Part shown: positions 9,144-20,608 of the stretch, in pieces
Layout of the letters: every line of letters starts with the position of its first letter
Numbering within the stretch: the first letter of the stretch is position 1
Origin: a virus
IMG/VR virus record: IMGVR_UViG_3300039008_000120
Location: 1-64,000 of that record
Length of the DNA: 64,000 nt
Reading direction: 5' to 3' (one strand)
Translations under genes and position numbers: made by a program
The notes under the pieces: generated by a model
The model's database searches: none
Told to the model about the DNA's origin: nothing
Seen by the model: only the letters and a program-made list of their open reading frames with translations

Positions 9144-9551
9144 ATGTACACGGATAACATAATAAATGAGATAGTATTTAAAGGAATTAATAAATCTAAT
9201 AATGAATGGGTTTATGGATCATATTTTTACTCAAATAATACACATTATATAATAAACTCAGATACAGAAACTGTTAAAATTGCTGGATTGTGTAACATTG
9301 AACATAATAGTATTAATCAAATTGAAATTTGGGGTAATACTATATGTCAATTTATCGGGTATTATGATCAAAAAGATAAAAAAATATTTAATCGAGATAA
9401 GGTTCAATATCATTATAATGGTAATGACTATATCAGTGAAATAATTTATACACCAAATAGATTAATTATATGTGATAAACCATATCATGTATTAAATGAT
9501 GGGATATTATATAACTGTAATGTTGTTGGTAATATATTTGATCATCAATAA
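9144..9551 (+). CDS. YopX-like protein
   Basis: Track ORF 9051..9551 trimmed to the ATG at 9144 (RBS GGGGGT). EWVYGSYFY ... IEIWGNTICQFIGYYDQKDKKIF fits the YopX pattern. Confidence 0.55.
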   Translation: MYTDNIINEIVFKGINKSNNEWVYGSYFYSNNTHYIINSDTETVKIAGLCNIEHNSINQIEIWGNTICQFIGYYDQKDKKIFNRDKVQYHYNGNDYISEIIYTPNRLIICDKPYHVLNDGILYNCNVVGNIFDHQ

Positions 9552-9601
9552 TATATATTATTTAAATATTAAAACTATAGGATTTGGGTTAATATTTTTC
9601 A

Positions 9602-9630
9602 TTGACAACTACAATTAAAGATGATACTAT
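9602..9630 (+). promoter_or_regulatory. sigma70-like promoter (TTGACA-N17-TACTAT)
   Basis: TTGACA at 9602-9607, 17-nt spacer, TACTAT at 9625-9630, upstream of the 9665 ATG. Confidence 0.55.
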
Positions 9631-9664
9631 TTAATAAAAAATAATAAATAAGGATATATAAATA

Positions 9665-10285
9665 ATGGATTACCTTGAGGATTTTAGATATGGAGAAGAC
9701 ATATTGTTCAAAGCAATAAGTAAAGAAAAAAGGGAGTGGGTGGAAGGGTTATACATCAATATACAAGATAAAAATAAACTAACCCATTATATAACAAGAC
9801 CTTCAGGTGAAAAAATTGAAATTTGGCACAGTACGCTATCTATATTTACAAATATGATTGATGTTGACAATGTTAAAATATTCACAAACGATATAATTCA
9901 ATGTAATCCAGATATAATAGATCCAGTAAGAGATCATATTAAGTTTGAATCCGCAATTGATCAAATGAGTGGGGAATATATAGTATCTGATGATGTAAAC
10001 AGTTATGATCCTGATGTACGAGAAACCCCAATTTTTACATTATCTGAAGTTAATAATATTAAGGTTGTTGGAAATAGATATGATGATGCAAAAGAAATAA
10101 GCTTTAAAAAACTAAAAACTAAACGACAAAAACAAAAAGATAGAATTAACAATATTATTGCTGTTGTTAATGACAAAGACGATGCACTAAATGTTGATTA
10201 TATAAAAATGGAATATAACAATAATACTATACATGCAATTGTTTCAATTGTTCAAAAAATGTTATCAGATATTAAAAATATTTAA
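9665..10285 (+). CDS. YopX-like protein with a C-terminal extension
   Basis: 206-aa track ORF. REWVEGLY ... IEIWHSTLSIFT...VKIFTNDI is paralogous to 9144 and 10300. Confidence 0.5.
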   Translation: MDYLEDFRYGEDILFKAISKEKREWVEGLYINIQDKNKLTHYITRPSGEKIEIWHSTLSIFTNMIDVDNVKIFTNDIIQCNPDIIDPVRDHIKFESAIDQMSGEYIVSDDVNSYDPDVRETPIFTLSEVNNIKVVGNRYDDAKEISFKKLKTKRQKQKDRINNIIAVVNDKDDALNVDYIKMEYNNNTIHAIVSIVQKMLSDIKNI

Positions 10286-10299
10286 TGAAGGAATAATAT

Positions 10300-10692
10300 A
10301 TGTACGAAGACATTAGATATGGTGAAAAATTATTTAAAGCTATCTGTAAAAATAGCTTAAAATGGGTATATGGTTCGTATATATTCAAAAAATATTTGGA
10401 AAAAAATCAACATTATATATATAATAATGGTAATGAAATCTTAGTTTGGGGGAATACTGTATGTCAGTTTACTCACTGTTTTGATAAAAACCAAAATAAA
10501 ATATTTGAAAACGATTTATTAAAATTCCATGCTGTTAAATTAAATTCAACCAACCAAGAATTTTCTTTTATCTCAAGTATTGTTTTTGTTAATGGAAAAT
10601 ATATATTGGCTGATGAAATGAACCCAAAAAAATCTGGTAGTGAAATATCAGATGGAATAATAATAGGAAATAAATATGATCCAATACAGTGA
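10300..10692 (+). CDS. YopX-like protein
   Basis: 130-aa track ORF. KWVYGSYIF ... ILVWGNTVCQFTHCFDKNQNKIFENDL. Confidence 0.55.
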   Translation: MYEDIRYGEKLFKAICKNSLKWVYGSYIFKKYLEKNQHYIYNNGNEILVWGNTVCQFTHCFDKNQNKIFENDLLKFHAVKLNSTNQEFSFISSIVFVNGKYILADEMNPKKSGSEISDGIIIGNKYDPIQ

Positions 10693-11329
10693 TATCAAAT
10701 ACCATTTAAATATATTGATTCGAACACTGATTGATACTGGTGATATATCTACAGTTAGTCATGGCTATAAACTTTTTAAAGAAATTGAACAACGATGGGA
10801 AGGAAAAAAATTAGAAAATTATATTATGCCATTACGAAATACCATGGAGTTGTTTGATATAGTATATACATATGCGATACTTATTGGGATTGATCTACAG
10901 CACATCCCACCATTATTAAGACACTCTCCAAAAACAGATGGTGATAACTGTCAATATTGTAATGGACAAAACCTACATAAACCAACTAGTGGCGGTGTAT
11001 ATTCTAACACACACTGGATATGTTTAGATTGTTTTAGGCAACATTATGAACCTGACGACTATCACTATTTAGATTTAAGTGACATTTTACCTAATAACAA
11101 TATGATCATTATTGATAAGTATAATATATTTGATAATACTACAATGACAAATGCATATATTAACTATTTATCTGATCGAAATACAAATAAAACATTTCTA
11201 AACTTAGTATTAGAGTCGTCTATGACTCAAAAAAAAGAAATAATTGATTCGGTTATATATAGATTTGTTAATATTTTCACCCGTGCATATTTTGATAGAT
11301 ATAAACCACTAAACCTATTTTTATATTAA
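10676..11329 (+). CDS. hypothetical Cys-containing protein
   Basis: 217-aa track ORF with CQYCNG ... CLDC. Overlaps the previous gene by 17 nt. Confidence 0.5.
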   Translation: MIQYSDIKYHLNILIRTLIDTGDISTVSHGYKLFKEIEQRWEGKKLENYIMPLRNTMELFDIVYTYAILIGIDLQHIPPLLRHSPKTDGDNCQYCNGQNLHKPTSGGVYSNTHWICLDCFRQHYEPDDYHYLDLSDILPNNNMIIIDKYNIFDNTTMTNAYINYLSDRNTNKTFLNLVLESSMTQKKEIIDSVIYRFVNIFTRAYFDRYKPLNLFLY

Positions 11330-11341
11330 GGATTTAACATC

Positions 11342-12064
11342 GTGAACGATAATAAAACATCTGAACCCACCGTTGTTTATGTTGCAGATTTAAATGATGA
11401 CATTGATGATTTAATTGCAATAGAATTTTTACACTACAATAATTATCTTAAATATGTTGTTTTGGATTCAGATAATGAAAATGTTGATATAACAAGAGTA
11501 AATTATCTGAAAAATATTGGGGTTATATTTAAATCTAAAATTGAAGATAATGAAAAATATATCTTTGTTGGTGGATCACTAAAGCCAGTAGTATCATTTA
11601 TGGAAAGAGGTAACAACCCAGAGCATCTAATAATACAGGGTGGTTTCGCTGGTACAGGGATTGTTGCACCAAAAGATGTATTAAAAAAATTTAAAGATAA
11701 AGAAGCTATAAGAACATATAATTTAAACAGAGATATGACATCATCAAAATATATAATAGCAAATATCAATAGAATGAAAAATCTACCTATTTTTGTGTCA
11801 AAAAATGTTTGCCATTCGAAAAAAAATACAATCAGCAAATTACATAATGATGATTTTTTAAAAAAATATAAAAATATTAGAAAAAAATTATTACATGATC
11901 TTCTTATGGTTAAAGAAGGTATTAATCATATCAAAAAAGTAGACACCATATTAGGTTACAAAAAAGTCAAATTAATGATATTTAAAGATAATGATATATA
12001 TTCAGAATGGGGTTCCATAACAACAGATACACCAAATTGCTACATTTCAACTTATTATAAATAA
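11342..12064 (+). CDS. nucleoside hydrolase-like protein (weak call)
   Basis: 240 aa, GTG start. The N-terminal VVYVADLNDDIDDLIAIEFL resembles the IUNH DxDxxxDDxxA(I/L) motif, recalled from RihA. Confidence 0.4.
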   Translation: MNDNKTSEPTVVYVADLNDDIDDLIAIEFLHYNNYLKYVVLDSDNENVDITRVNYLKNIGVIFKSKIEDNEKYIFVGGSLKPVVSFMERGNNPEHLIIQGGFAGTGIVAPKDVLKKFKDKEAIRTYNLNRDMTSSKYIIANINRMKNLPIFVSKNVCHSKKNTISKLHNDDFLKKYKNIRKKLLHDLLMVKEGINHIKKVDTILGYKKVKLMIFKDNDIYSEWGSITTDTPNCYISTYYK

Positions 12065-12067
12065 TAT

Positions 12068-12091
12068 AATAGGGGATAAGCTCCCCTTATT
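12068..12091. terminator. hairpin terminator between convergent genes
   Basis: GGGGA/TCCCC core stem with a TAAGC loop and AT extensions, between the 12064(+) end and the 12103(-) end. Confidence 0.55.
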
Positions 12092-12102
12092 ATATTTTAA
12101 TA

Positions 12103-13956
12103 TTAAATACCAAACATAGCACCCAAAGCACGAGACATTTTACTATCACCATTATTTTTCCCGGCACTTATTTGTTGTAATTGTCTCAATTGTAAATCTA
12201 AACCAGTATGATTAATATCGTTTGCAATTATATATTCTTTTACTACTCTATTTTTTAATGAATCTTCAACCTCTCTTTGAACATTGGTTGCAGTTTGATT
12301 ATGTTTATTTTTATTTTGTTTCTAATATGTTTTAAGAAACCTAAGTATTTTTCGTGAACTCTTATGTTTTGTTTGTGCTTGTGCTAAGATCTCAACAGTG
12401 AAAATACATATTGCAGTTGCCATTAATAGATCATCATGTTCTAAACCAACAGGTTTCCCCCTTCGTTTAATTACAAATTTCATTGCCTCATCAACTAAGT
12501 CTTCTGGTAATGTTTTATGTTTATATAATAAATTTGTTGATAATGTTATTAATGCTTTTTTACGTGTTGAATCAGTTGTTACAAAACCTAGCTTATTGGG
12601 TTTACCATCGTTATCAATGTCAAATTCATATGTATCTGTTTTCTTTACATACCGTATATTTGGTAATAATAAATGTGATAAATCAGATTCTTCAAATTTT
12701 TTAATTAAATAAAAACCCCTATTTCGTTCAATCATTATTTTTGCCCACTGATCAGTCTTAATATTTTTATAATATTTAGACAACTCAAGTAAATTATCAA
12801 AAATATTAAGTCTGGTTAAGCATGTGGCCTCTATACGAGATTGTGTTAAATTCTATACTGTTATTGCATTATAATGTGAACCCTCTTCCTGAACATCAGC
12901 AGATATTAAATAATCATCAGTTTTTGTTCGTTTATAATACACCTTAACGTGATCAAGCATTGTATCAATTTCTTTTTGTTGATCAATTAACATTAATTTT
13001 GTATCTTGAAAATATGTATCATACGGTAGAATCCACTGCATATCAAGCTCTGTTTTAATTGCTTTTTTATCATAATTAAGTAATTTACACTGCTCATCAT
13101 ACTAATCTTGATCACGATATGGTATTGTATCCCATGCTCCCTCAATTAGACGAAATCCAGACCCCTTAAATCCTTTTTTACGAACTGATTGGATTTGATT
13201 ATAAAACCATGAACCATATAAATTAGGTGTAGATAATACTATCATCTTACCATTTGTTGCAGATAGTGTGAATAATGAAGCCTTAAATATCTGTTCAACT
13301 CCATTTAGATAATCTGCTTCATCTAGTATAAGCCATGATGCTGACTGTGAACGACCAGATTGCTTTCCACTTGTCTGAGCAATAATTTTACTTGAATTTC
13401 TCTTATTACCTAAAACAAATTCTTTTTCATTTCTTTTAAGCTCTGATCTTCTTAAAAACCACGGAAGAGAATCATATTGAAACTTAAATTCACTAAGTGT
13501 CTCAATGGAATCTTTTTCGGTTTTAGAATATAATAATACTGTCTTGTTATTGTTAAATGTTAAAAACTATAATGCACACGCTAAGCTTGTCGTAGTGAAT
13601 CCAATTTGCCGTGATTTTGTACTGATAACTTTATCATCGTTAAATATGGCAGTTGCTAATTCAATCTGAATATCATACATTACAAATTTAACCATATCAC
13701 CCAGACATCTATTTTTTAATATTTCTGGCATAGTGTCTGGGTTATCAAACTTGTTCTTAACATATATATATTCATTTATAAAGTATAGCCAAGACTCTCT
13801 ACATTTTTTACGCTCTTCTTTAATTGTCTCTAATGTAGCATCACCTGTTATAAGTCTTCTTAACTATATTTTATCAACCTCATTAAGTTTACCTTGATCA
13901 TTTCTCACTTTTAATTTCTTTATTAAAGCTAATGTTTTTTTATCAAACTTTACCAT
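12103..13956 (-). CDS. terminase large subunit (617 aa, 5 in-frame TAG)
   Basis: One frame runs from the ATG at 13956 to TAA at 12103-05 and absorbs track ORFs 12853..13041 and 12322..12783. TAG at 13864, 13567, 13102, 12853 and 12322. Walker A-like KSRQIGFTTT, Walker B WLILDEADY, nuclease-half LEHDDLLMA. Confidence 0.8.
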
Positions 13957-13965
13957 AAATTTTAA

Positions 13966-13975
13966 CCTGTTAAAC
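13966..13975 (-). promoter_or_regulatory. GTTTAACAGG motif immediately upstream of the TerL start
   Basis: Minus-strand CAGTTTAACAGGTTAAAATTTATG; the motif ends 12 nt before the ATG. Confidence 0.25.
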
Positions 13976-14118
13976 TGTACATCTATTAAATTAATTATAT
14001 AAATATAATATAGGGGTTAATTAATAATACCAAATGGGGTGTTTATCTAAAGTCCACATAACCACTTGGTTGGTATGGGGTGCCCAAAATATGTACATAA
14101 AATATAAATGTTTTATTA

Positions 14119-14352
14119 TTATTCATATATATCTAGTATTTTTATCCAGCGATCCGTATTATTATAATGATCTCTAAGTAAAAATCTTAAATTATTATTT
14201 TTTATACGCACAACATCAAGATAATCATCTTCGCAAGCATCCTTTATATCATCTGTTAATTCTGCACATTTTCGTATTCTTCCAGATGTATATAATATTA
14301 AATATTGTTCCAATATATATAACTCCTTTATTTTTTTTATATCAATATACAA
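14119..14352 (-). CDS. hypothetical protein
   Basis: 77-aa track ORF upstream of TerL. No family recognised. Confidence 0.5.
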   Translation of the reverse strand: MYIDIKKIKELYILEQYLILYTSGRIRKCAELTDDIKDACEDDYLDVVRIKNNNLRFLLRDHYNNTDRWIKILDIYE

Positions 14353-14394
14353 TATTAGAATATTTTTTTCAATTAAATTTATATTATTTTTTTA

Positions 14395-14423
14395 TTGACA
14401 AATTAAATTAAATATTATATGTT
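14395..14423 (+). promoter_or_regulatory. sigma70-like promoter (TTGACA-N17-TATGTT)
   Basis: TTGACA at 14395-14400, 17-nt spacer, TATGTT at 14418-14423. A TGATATAAT extended -10 also lies near 14500. Confidence 0.5.
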
Positions 14424-14547
14424 TCTATAAAAAAATGAAGGACTATTATATAGAACATCTTATCCAATCAATTATAACGATTTTTTATTACCAAAGTACA
14501 TGATATAATAATACACCAAATAAAAAAAAAATAAGGAGAAATTAAGT

Positions 14548-14955
14548 ATGGAAAAAACGTATTTGATAATTTTTGATGATGATTATATGGTATCCACATC
14601 AGAAATCACAGACAATGAGATTAAAGGTGTTAAAGATGGTATAAATGAAATAGTAGAAATTGGTACACCATTAAAAAAACTGAACAGACATGGTGATTGG
14701 GTTGATATACCAATTATAAATGATATTGTAATAAACGATGATACACTTAAAATAACAATCAATGGAAAATCCGGTTCAGGTAAAACAACACTTGCACATG
14801 TCATAATGAATGCCTTGTCAAAATATGACACTGAAATAACTATACATAACGAAGCTGAAATTCGTTATGATGAAATACCAAAAATACTAAATGATGCACC
14901 AAATATACTTAAAGGTAAATCAATTGATATTTATGATGCACAGTTACAACGATAA
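14548..14955 (+). CDS. P-loop NTPase-like protein
   Basis: 135-aa track ORF. RBS AAGGAG. Walker A GKSGSGKTT. Confidence 0.6.
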   Translation: MEKTYLIIFDDDYMVSTSEITDNEIKGVKDGINEIVEIGTPLKKLNRHGDWVDIPIINDIVINDDTLKITINGKSGSGKTTLAHVIMNALSKYDTEITIHNEAEIRYDEIPKILNDAPNILKGKSIDIYDAQLQR

Positions 14956-15028
14956 AAATAACTTAAGGATAATTATAAAATGGAAAACAACAAACTAGCG
15001 GTTTTAAACACAAGTATTGCAACAGTGG

Positions 15029-15265
15029 ATGGTGGAATATGATATCGAAATTGAAAAATATATGAAAGAAATAAAAGCAGAATTAAAAACGGATAAACAG
15101 GGTTATGATTTATATTTATTAATCGTTAACACTTTAACTCAACACCCAGAATATAAAGAATGGAAAAGATGGGGGAGCATTGATTCAAGGGAGGTTGGTC
15201 ATCTCGACTTAAACCAAGATGAATTTAACAATTTATGCTCTAATCCTAAATTTAATCAACTTTAG
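15029..15265 (+). CDS. hypothetical protein
   Basis: Track ORF 15017..15265 trimmed to its first ATG. Preceded by a 20-codon ORF (14980..15042) that has the better RBS. Confidence 0.45.
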   Translation: MVEYDIEIEKYMKEIKAELKTDKQGYDLYLLIVNTLTQHPEYKEWKRWGSIDSREVGHLDLNQDEFNNLCSNPKFNQL

Positions 15266-15310
15266 AATTAATAAACTAACACACAATAAACATGGGCTGT
15301 TGAGGTAATA

Positions 15311-15736
15311 ATGAACACAAGTACAAGTAAAATATTAAAATTTGTACACTTTAAGCGTGTTTTTTTATATAAAAAAACACGGATTGTTTGGTGCGATGGT
15401 CGAGATATTCAAGAAATCCACAAATAGGATGACAAAATTACTTATAAAATCTGGACAGTTTTTATGAATTATGCCAATAACAACATAATTAACGATTATA
15501 ATCCATGGTGCGAATATAATATAATTAAAGGATACGTATCAACATGTGATATGTGCTTATATGGTAAAAATAATAGAATTTGTAAAAAAACTGATCCAGA
15601 TAATCTTAGTTATTATCAAGAAATTATAAATAAACTTAAAGTTAATTTTAATAATAATAACATCACCTCTATTGGTGAGGTGTTTGCCACAAAATTCAAA
15701 GATGAAATTTTAAAAATTGATAATGAATTTTATTAA
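15311..15736 (+). CDS. hypothetical protein (141 aa, 1 in-frame TAG)
   Basis: ATG at 15311 with a GAGGT RBS. The frame runs through TAG at 15425-27 into track ORF 15464..15736. Confidence 0.55.
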
Positions 15737-15748
15737 GATAATAACAAC

Positions 15749-15922
15749 ATGAACCGCAATGAATTTATTATAGTTGAAAATTTAAAGCTTTTAAAAATTA
15801 TAGGCAAAAGCCATTATGATATCCATCAAATTATGGAATATCATATGGGATTTGAGTATAATAAAAAATACATCAATAAATTATTAAAAGACTTAGAGGT
15901 AGAAAATAGTGGAGACAACTGA
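15749..15922 (+). CDS. small hypothetical protein (57 aa)
   Basis: ATG at 15749, open to TGA at 15920-22. Below the track cutoff. Overlaps the next GTG start. Confidence 0.4.
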   Translation: MNRNEFIIVENLKLLKIIGKSHYDIHQIMEYHMGFEYNKKYINKLLKDLEVENSGDN

Positions 15923-16274
15923 GCTACAAAAAGCACTAGAAGAAATTAAAAAATTAGAAAAATATAAAGATGACCTTTTAAAACAAAAAAGACAAAACAC
16001 TAGATCTAATTATGTTAATATGGTTAAAAATATACATCATATAATAAAAGATGATAATGATATTCAAGACATACCATTATCTAAGGTTGATTTAATTTTA
16101 CAATCAGCAATGAATTTAAATGAAAATAATAATAAATATTCTGATGTAACAATATCATTAGATTATAAAACCGCAAAGTACCTAAAAGAATATTTAAAAA
16201 ATCCTAATCAAAAAAGAGATAATAAAATAAAAGATAATATATTGACATTATTAAACTCAAAAATACCAGATTAA
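15909..16274 (+). CDS. hypothetical coiled-coil-like protein
   Basis: 121-aa track ORF, GTG start with GAGGT 9 nt upstream. A terminator follows. Confidence 0.5.
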   Translation: METTELQKALEEIKKLEKYKDDLLKQKRQNTRSNYVNMVKNIHHIIKDDNDIQDIPLSKVDLILQSAMNLNENNNKYSDVTISLDYKTAKYLKEYLKNPNQKRDNKIKDNILTLLNSKIPD

Positions 16275-16280
16275 ATAGGT

Positions 16281-16297
16281 GGCATCCAAGCGATGCC
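16281..16297. terminator. bidirectional hairpin terminator
   Basis: GGCATC-CAAGC-GATGCC followed by GTTTATTT, between the 16274(+) and 16304(-) gene ends. Confidence 0.65.
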
Positions 16298-16303
16298 GTT
16301 TAT

Positions 16304-16627
16304 TTAATTAACAATATATTTGATATCCAGTGCTGTTAAAATCGTTTCCAAATCCTAATTATTAATTTGACCAATATAATTATCATTGTGTTTAACTGTT
16401 ATATAATCATCTAACATTATTAATGTAATACCATTTGTATGTTTCAAAATATTACTCTATTTTTCAATATCATCATTGGACTTATTTAATTTAGTTGTTA
16501 AGTCAACAGATACATCTATTTCTGATTCATCAAACGGCTTTTCGATATCCATTTTATCTAACTCATCAAGCTGTTTCGCTATTTCTATACACAATGATTC
16601 AATATTATCATTTCTTTCACTTTTCAT
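16304..16627 (-). CDS. hypothetical protein (107 aa, 2 in-frame TAG)
   Basis: ATG at 16627 with an AGGTGG RBS. Hand translation MKSERNDN...IEK*SNILK...INN*DLETIL...VN ends in TAA. No ORF in the track because of the TAGs. Confidence 0.6.
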
Positions 16628-16737
16628 AATAACCACCTAAGTATAAGTTAATTTATATATAATATATCAATAATAAAGGTGTACATTTTTATAAACATAC
16701 ACCTTTTTATTGTATCTATAAATTTAATTATTTAATA

Positions 16738-17196
16738 TTATACTACTTGTTGAGTTTGAGTAATTCTACCACTTGCATCATACGTATACTTCTATTTCTC
16801 AACTACTTTATTATCTGATGTTCTAGTATATGTTATATACTCAACTTTTTTATTACTATTGTATGTTATATTCGCTTCATACCCACTTTCGTATGTTGTT
16901 TTAACAACATTGCCTTCATTTCCGGGTGTAGTTGAATATTCAATATTAGTAACATTATCAGATTGCAAAATTTGAAACATAGATGAACCATGTACTGGTG
17001 TCTATTTTACAGTAGGTGTTATTTGTGATAATCGCTAATAACTGTTATTATCTTTTTGTAATGCCAAACGGTTTATTTCCCATGCTTGGAAATCTGCTGG
17101 TTTTTTACTTATTCTTTCAGCCCTATCTGTATATTCAAATGAATGTGGAGCATGTGATTGATTAAATGGAACTTTTTTATGTGGTACTGTCTGCAT
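16738..17196 (-). CDS. tail-fibre-associated protein (152 aa, 3 in-frame TAG)
   Basis: ATG at 17196. Absorbs track ORF 16792..16980. TAG at 17035, 17002 and 16792. N-terminal HAPHSFEY is shared with the next gene. YTYDASGRI is YD-repeat-like. Confidence 0.55.
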
Positions 17197-17208
17197 ATTA
17201 TTAACCTA

Positions 17209-18711
17209 TTATATATTAATGTTTATTTTAATATTTGATTCACCACCTGATAGCTTAGTTACCTTTGTATTTGATGGTGAATATTCAAGCTTATAATTAT
17301 TTATATTTTCTTCTTCCTATTTGCCAGCCTTTTTATAATTAATAGTTAGTTTTTTAATTGACGGAGTTTCATTGATATCACAAGGAGTTTTGAATATAAA
17401 TGCAAAATCAATAAATTGTTTATTTGACATATCATAATTAGTAAAACCCTCTCTTAATGTGGCACGTAATGACTGGATGCCTAATCCAGTTGCACTATCT
17501 GCTTGTAAGTCACTTAAAATCTAAGTACACCATTTGTTTGTATACTAAGTATTCCCTTTGTCGAAACTTACTGCCCAGTTTATGAATGTATGTGCCGGTA
17601 TCTCAGCATCCACTATAACAGATTCAATCATCTTGCAATTTTCAAGCTTAATTTGGTTTGGTTTAGTTTTTATTACACATGATTTATTACATGTATATTC
17701 TCCAGTTTCAGAAAAAAAACCATTTTTATAACCCCCACTCGATATCAAATTATTAACATCTTGAACTTGATTTCGCCTAGATTCTAACTCAAATATTAAT
17801 CCAACCGATAAAACATTATTATCATCAAAGTATGGAACATATACCTCATCATTATTAATAGAACCCAATGATAATGTTTTTAATAAATTCCCAAGACTAT
17901 TATAATATTTTATAGTTCGATTGTCAAAATCACACAATATTAACATTTTTTCATTTCGAGGGCATTTCTATTTATAAACCATATTATTATCTGGGTAATC
18001 TGCACCACCAAAACCCTACGTACTATTAGTCTTGCTTATACGCAATACACCAATATTATGTTCTGTACTAGTTGCTTTAATGTTAAATGATACCTTCCCT
18101 GATGATACACCTGTGCTAGGTGGGCAATACATACTTAAAAATTTACTAGCAACAGCACCATTAAATGCACACCTTAAGTTTGAGTGTTGATCTAATTCGA
18201 TTCCATTTGTATTTTTACTGCTCGAATATGTGGTATCAAAATATGAGTGTTGATCTAATGCTGGATTAACAACTTTCTTTAATTGTATTTTATCATTATC
18301 CGCATCAAATATATTATCTGGTGTATCAAAATCACTAAGGGTGCTACTATTATAATTTAATACATTATTATATTGTGTCGTATTTGGCACTTCTTTACGC
18401 ATAGTTACAAATCTAATTAAATTAGGATCTGCATTATGTGAAATCTCTTTTATATCATTGTTATTAAAATTTAAACACTCAACTTGTTTTACATATCTAT
18501 CTGTTGTAGGTGTTGATATTGTTACCTTATTCTATTGTATTGGCTCAATTGCATCCAAGACGTAATATTCATTTACAACTTTTGCCCATTTTCCAACATC
18601 AGTTTCTTTAAATCCAATTGCACCATTTAGTTCTGTAACGTTTGCATATTCAAACGCATGAGGTTTGTGAATATCTTTTCCACCTAGATCACTATGACGT
18701 ATTGTATTCAT
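17209..18711 (-). CDS. tail fibre or tail protein (500 aa, 6 in-frame TAG)
   Basis: One frame from the ATG at 18711 to TAA at 17209-11 joins track ORFs 18016..18402 and 17545..17946. TAG at 18532, 18016, 17968, 17545, 17521 and 17317. Confidence 0.65.
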
Positions 18712-18730
18712 TTTATATGACCCATATGTT

Positions 18731-18760
18731 AAAAAAGTAGGTCTTTCAACCTACTTTTTT
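18731..18760. terminator. A-run/T-run flanked hairpin terminator
   Basis: AAAAAAGTAGG-8 nt-CCTACTTTTTT between two tail-fibre genes. Confidence 0.6.
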
Positions 18761-18854
18761 TTATTAGAATACTTATGCGATTAGTTTTTTTCCTGACTGA
18801 TCTACTATAAACTCACCTGAGTCTGTAATTATATACTTCTTATTCTCTTGCGGG

Positions 18855-20543
18855 TTAAAGAGACACCGCATATGCAACTGATAGCTTAACAACAGGCTCA
18901 CGAACTGTGCTACCAGATACATATACTTGGACAATATCACCTTCAGCTAAGGCAATATTTAAGTCATCTTTATGACCCCCATTTGTATTTGTTATTGTTA
19001 ATTTACCAAGTGAAATTCTCTCTCCATTTTTAAATATATGAATATCACTTGTACCTGTAACATTCGCACCTAAGTGAGCTGTGATGCCAGTTACACACAT
19101 ATCTTTAGATACTCGGATTGATGATGCGTTTGTTAATATATCACCACCAATTTTAAGGTATTTACTATTTACCATACCTTTCCTTGAATATATGTATGTT
19201 TCTCTGGATGACAACCATTTATTACGTGTGGTGTCTTTTCCATACACTGTACCATCAATCAATTTAATATCATTGACAGTCATCCCAAAATTTTCAATTG
19301 CAGTACTGTTTGCTGATATTTCATCCGCATTCTTTTTAACTTCAGCATCAAGTAACTCTCTTGCACTAAATGCTGTGGTTGCACTATCCATATAGTTAGT
19401 ACCGGAATGTGCCTTAAAAGTACCATCTGCATTTAAATTTAATGCAGATTCAATTGCATCAATTTCGGCTTGTGTATTCCCTGCACCAATCGCATTTGGT
19501 GTATAGCCAAATTCTATATCATCTACATCAACTTTTCGTGCAACATCATGTTTACCAAGTATATAAAACTGATATCCTGCCTATCTATCACCCTCATATA
19601 CTGGGATTGTTGTTCCCGGTAACAGTTCATTTTCAGGTTTACCATCAAGATCTGGGCGACGTGTTAAAACCTACGGCTTTGATGCATCACCAACTTCAGT
19701 TACATCATATACACCGTTTTGTTTTTTATCTGCCTGTCCAGCTAATAATATAGTTGATGTTGCTGTTATTGTATGTGAATCTATTGATACCAATTTTCCA
19801 TTTGCATTAGCTGTTAATTTTGATGCATTATCATCTGCAACTGGGGTATATGTACACGCAGGTAAAGGATCAGTTGTTGCACATGATACATGTGCCTTCG
19901 GGGATACACCTTGCATCATTGTTAAAATCTATGATTTTCGAGCAACGGAATTCATTGTTTTAGGATCAGTTGTAGTTGTGACTTCGTTGTCACCCATACT
20001 AAGATCACCGGTCATTGTGTCACCGGCTTTATTAACTTTTTTATTTAAATCATCAGCAACAGTTGTTTTTAAAGTTTCTAATTTGGTGTCAACCGCTTTC
20101 AATTCAGCATCTAATAATGTACTATCTTCTTTAAGTGAACCTGACGCATTAAGATAATTTGATGTTGTTCTTGCTTTATATGAACCATCATCTTCTAAAC
20201 CACTACCTGTTTCAATCGCATCAATCTCTGCCTGAAGTTCAGTATCTTTTTGTTCAAATGCAGTGCGTAACTCAGCATCCTTATCATCTATATACTTTTT
20301 GGATGCTCTCTTGATCTAATCAATACCATCTGAAGCACTAAGATCATCTGTTCCATCATTAACCACAATTGAACCAGCGGTAATTAATGTCTTAAGATCA
20401 CCTTGTAGTGCTGTGCTTAGTTCATCAGATGTAAATTCACCTGATAAAATATCACCACTAGCACCATCGGGCATATCCTACCCTAAACTCTCAACAAATA
20501 ACACGTCTCCCGTCTTATTTATTAAATTAATAATCTATTCCAT
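18855..20543 (-). CDS. tail fibre protein A (562 aa, 6 in-frame TAG)
   Basis: One frame from the ATG at 20543 to TAA at 18855-57 joins track ORFs 19671..19919 and 18855..19391. TAG at 20535, 20478, 20316, 19929, 19671 and 19581. Contains NGVYDVTEVGDASKP*VLTRRPD, a common tail-fibre motif. Confidence 0.75.
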
Positions 20544-20608
20544 TGAATTTAACCTTTATTTTTTTGTTAGATTAAAATAATTAACCATATTATATAAAAT
20601 TAATTATG

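Noticed and set aside
12322-13956. TerL appears split into several ORFs and unannotated gaps. I considered introns, inteins, frameshifts and pseudogenisation.
   Set aside because: All pieces lie in one reading frame, separated only by single TAG codons. The same pattern recurs in about 25 other genes, so amber recoding explains it without invoking splicing or decay.
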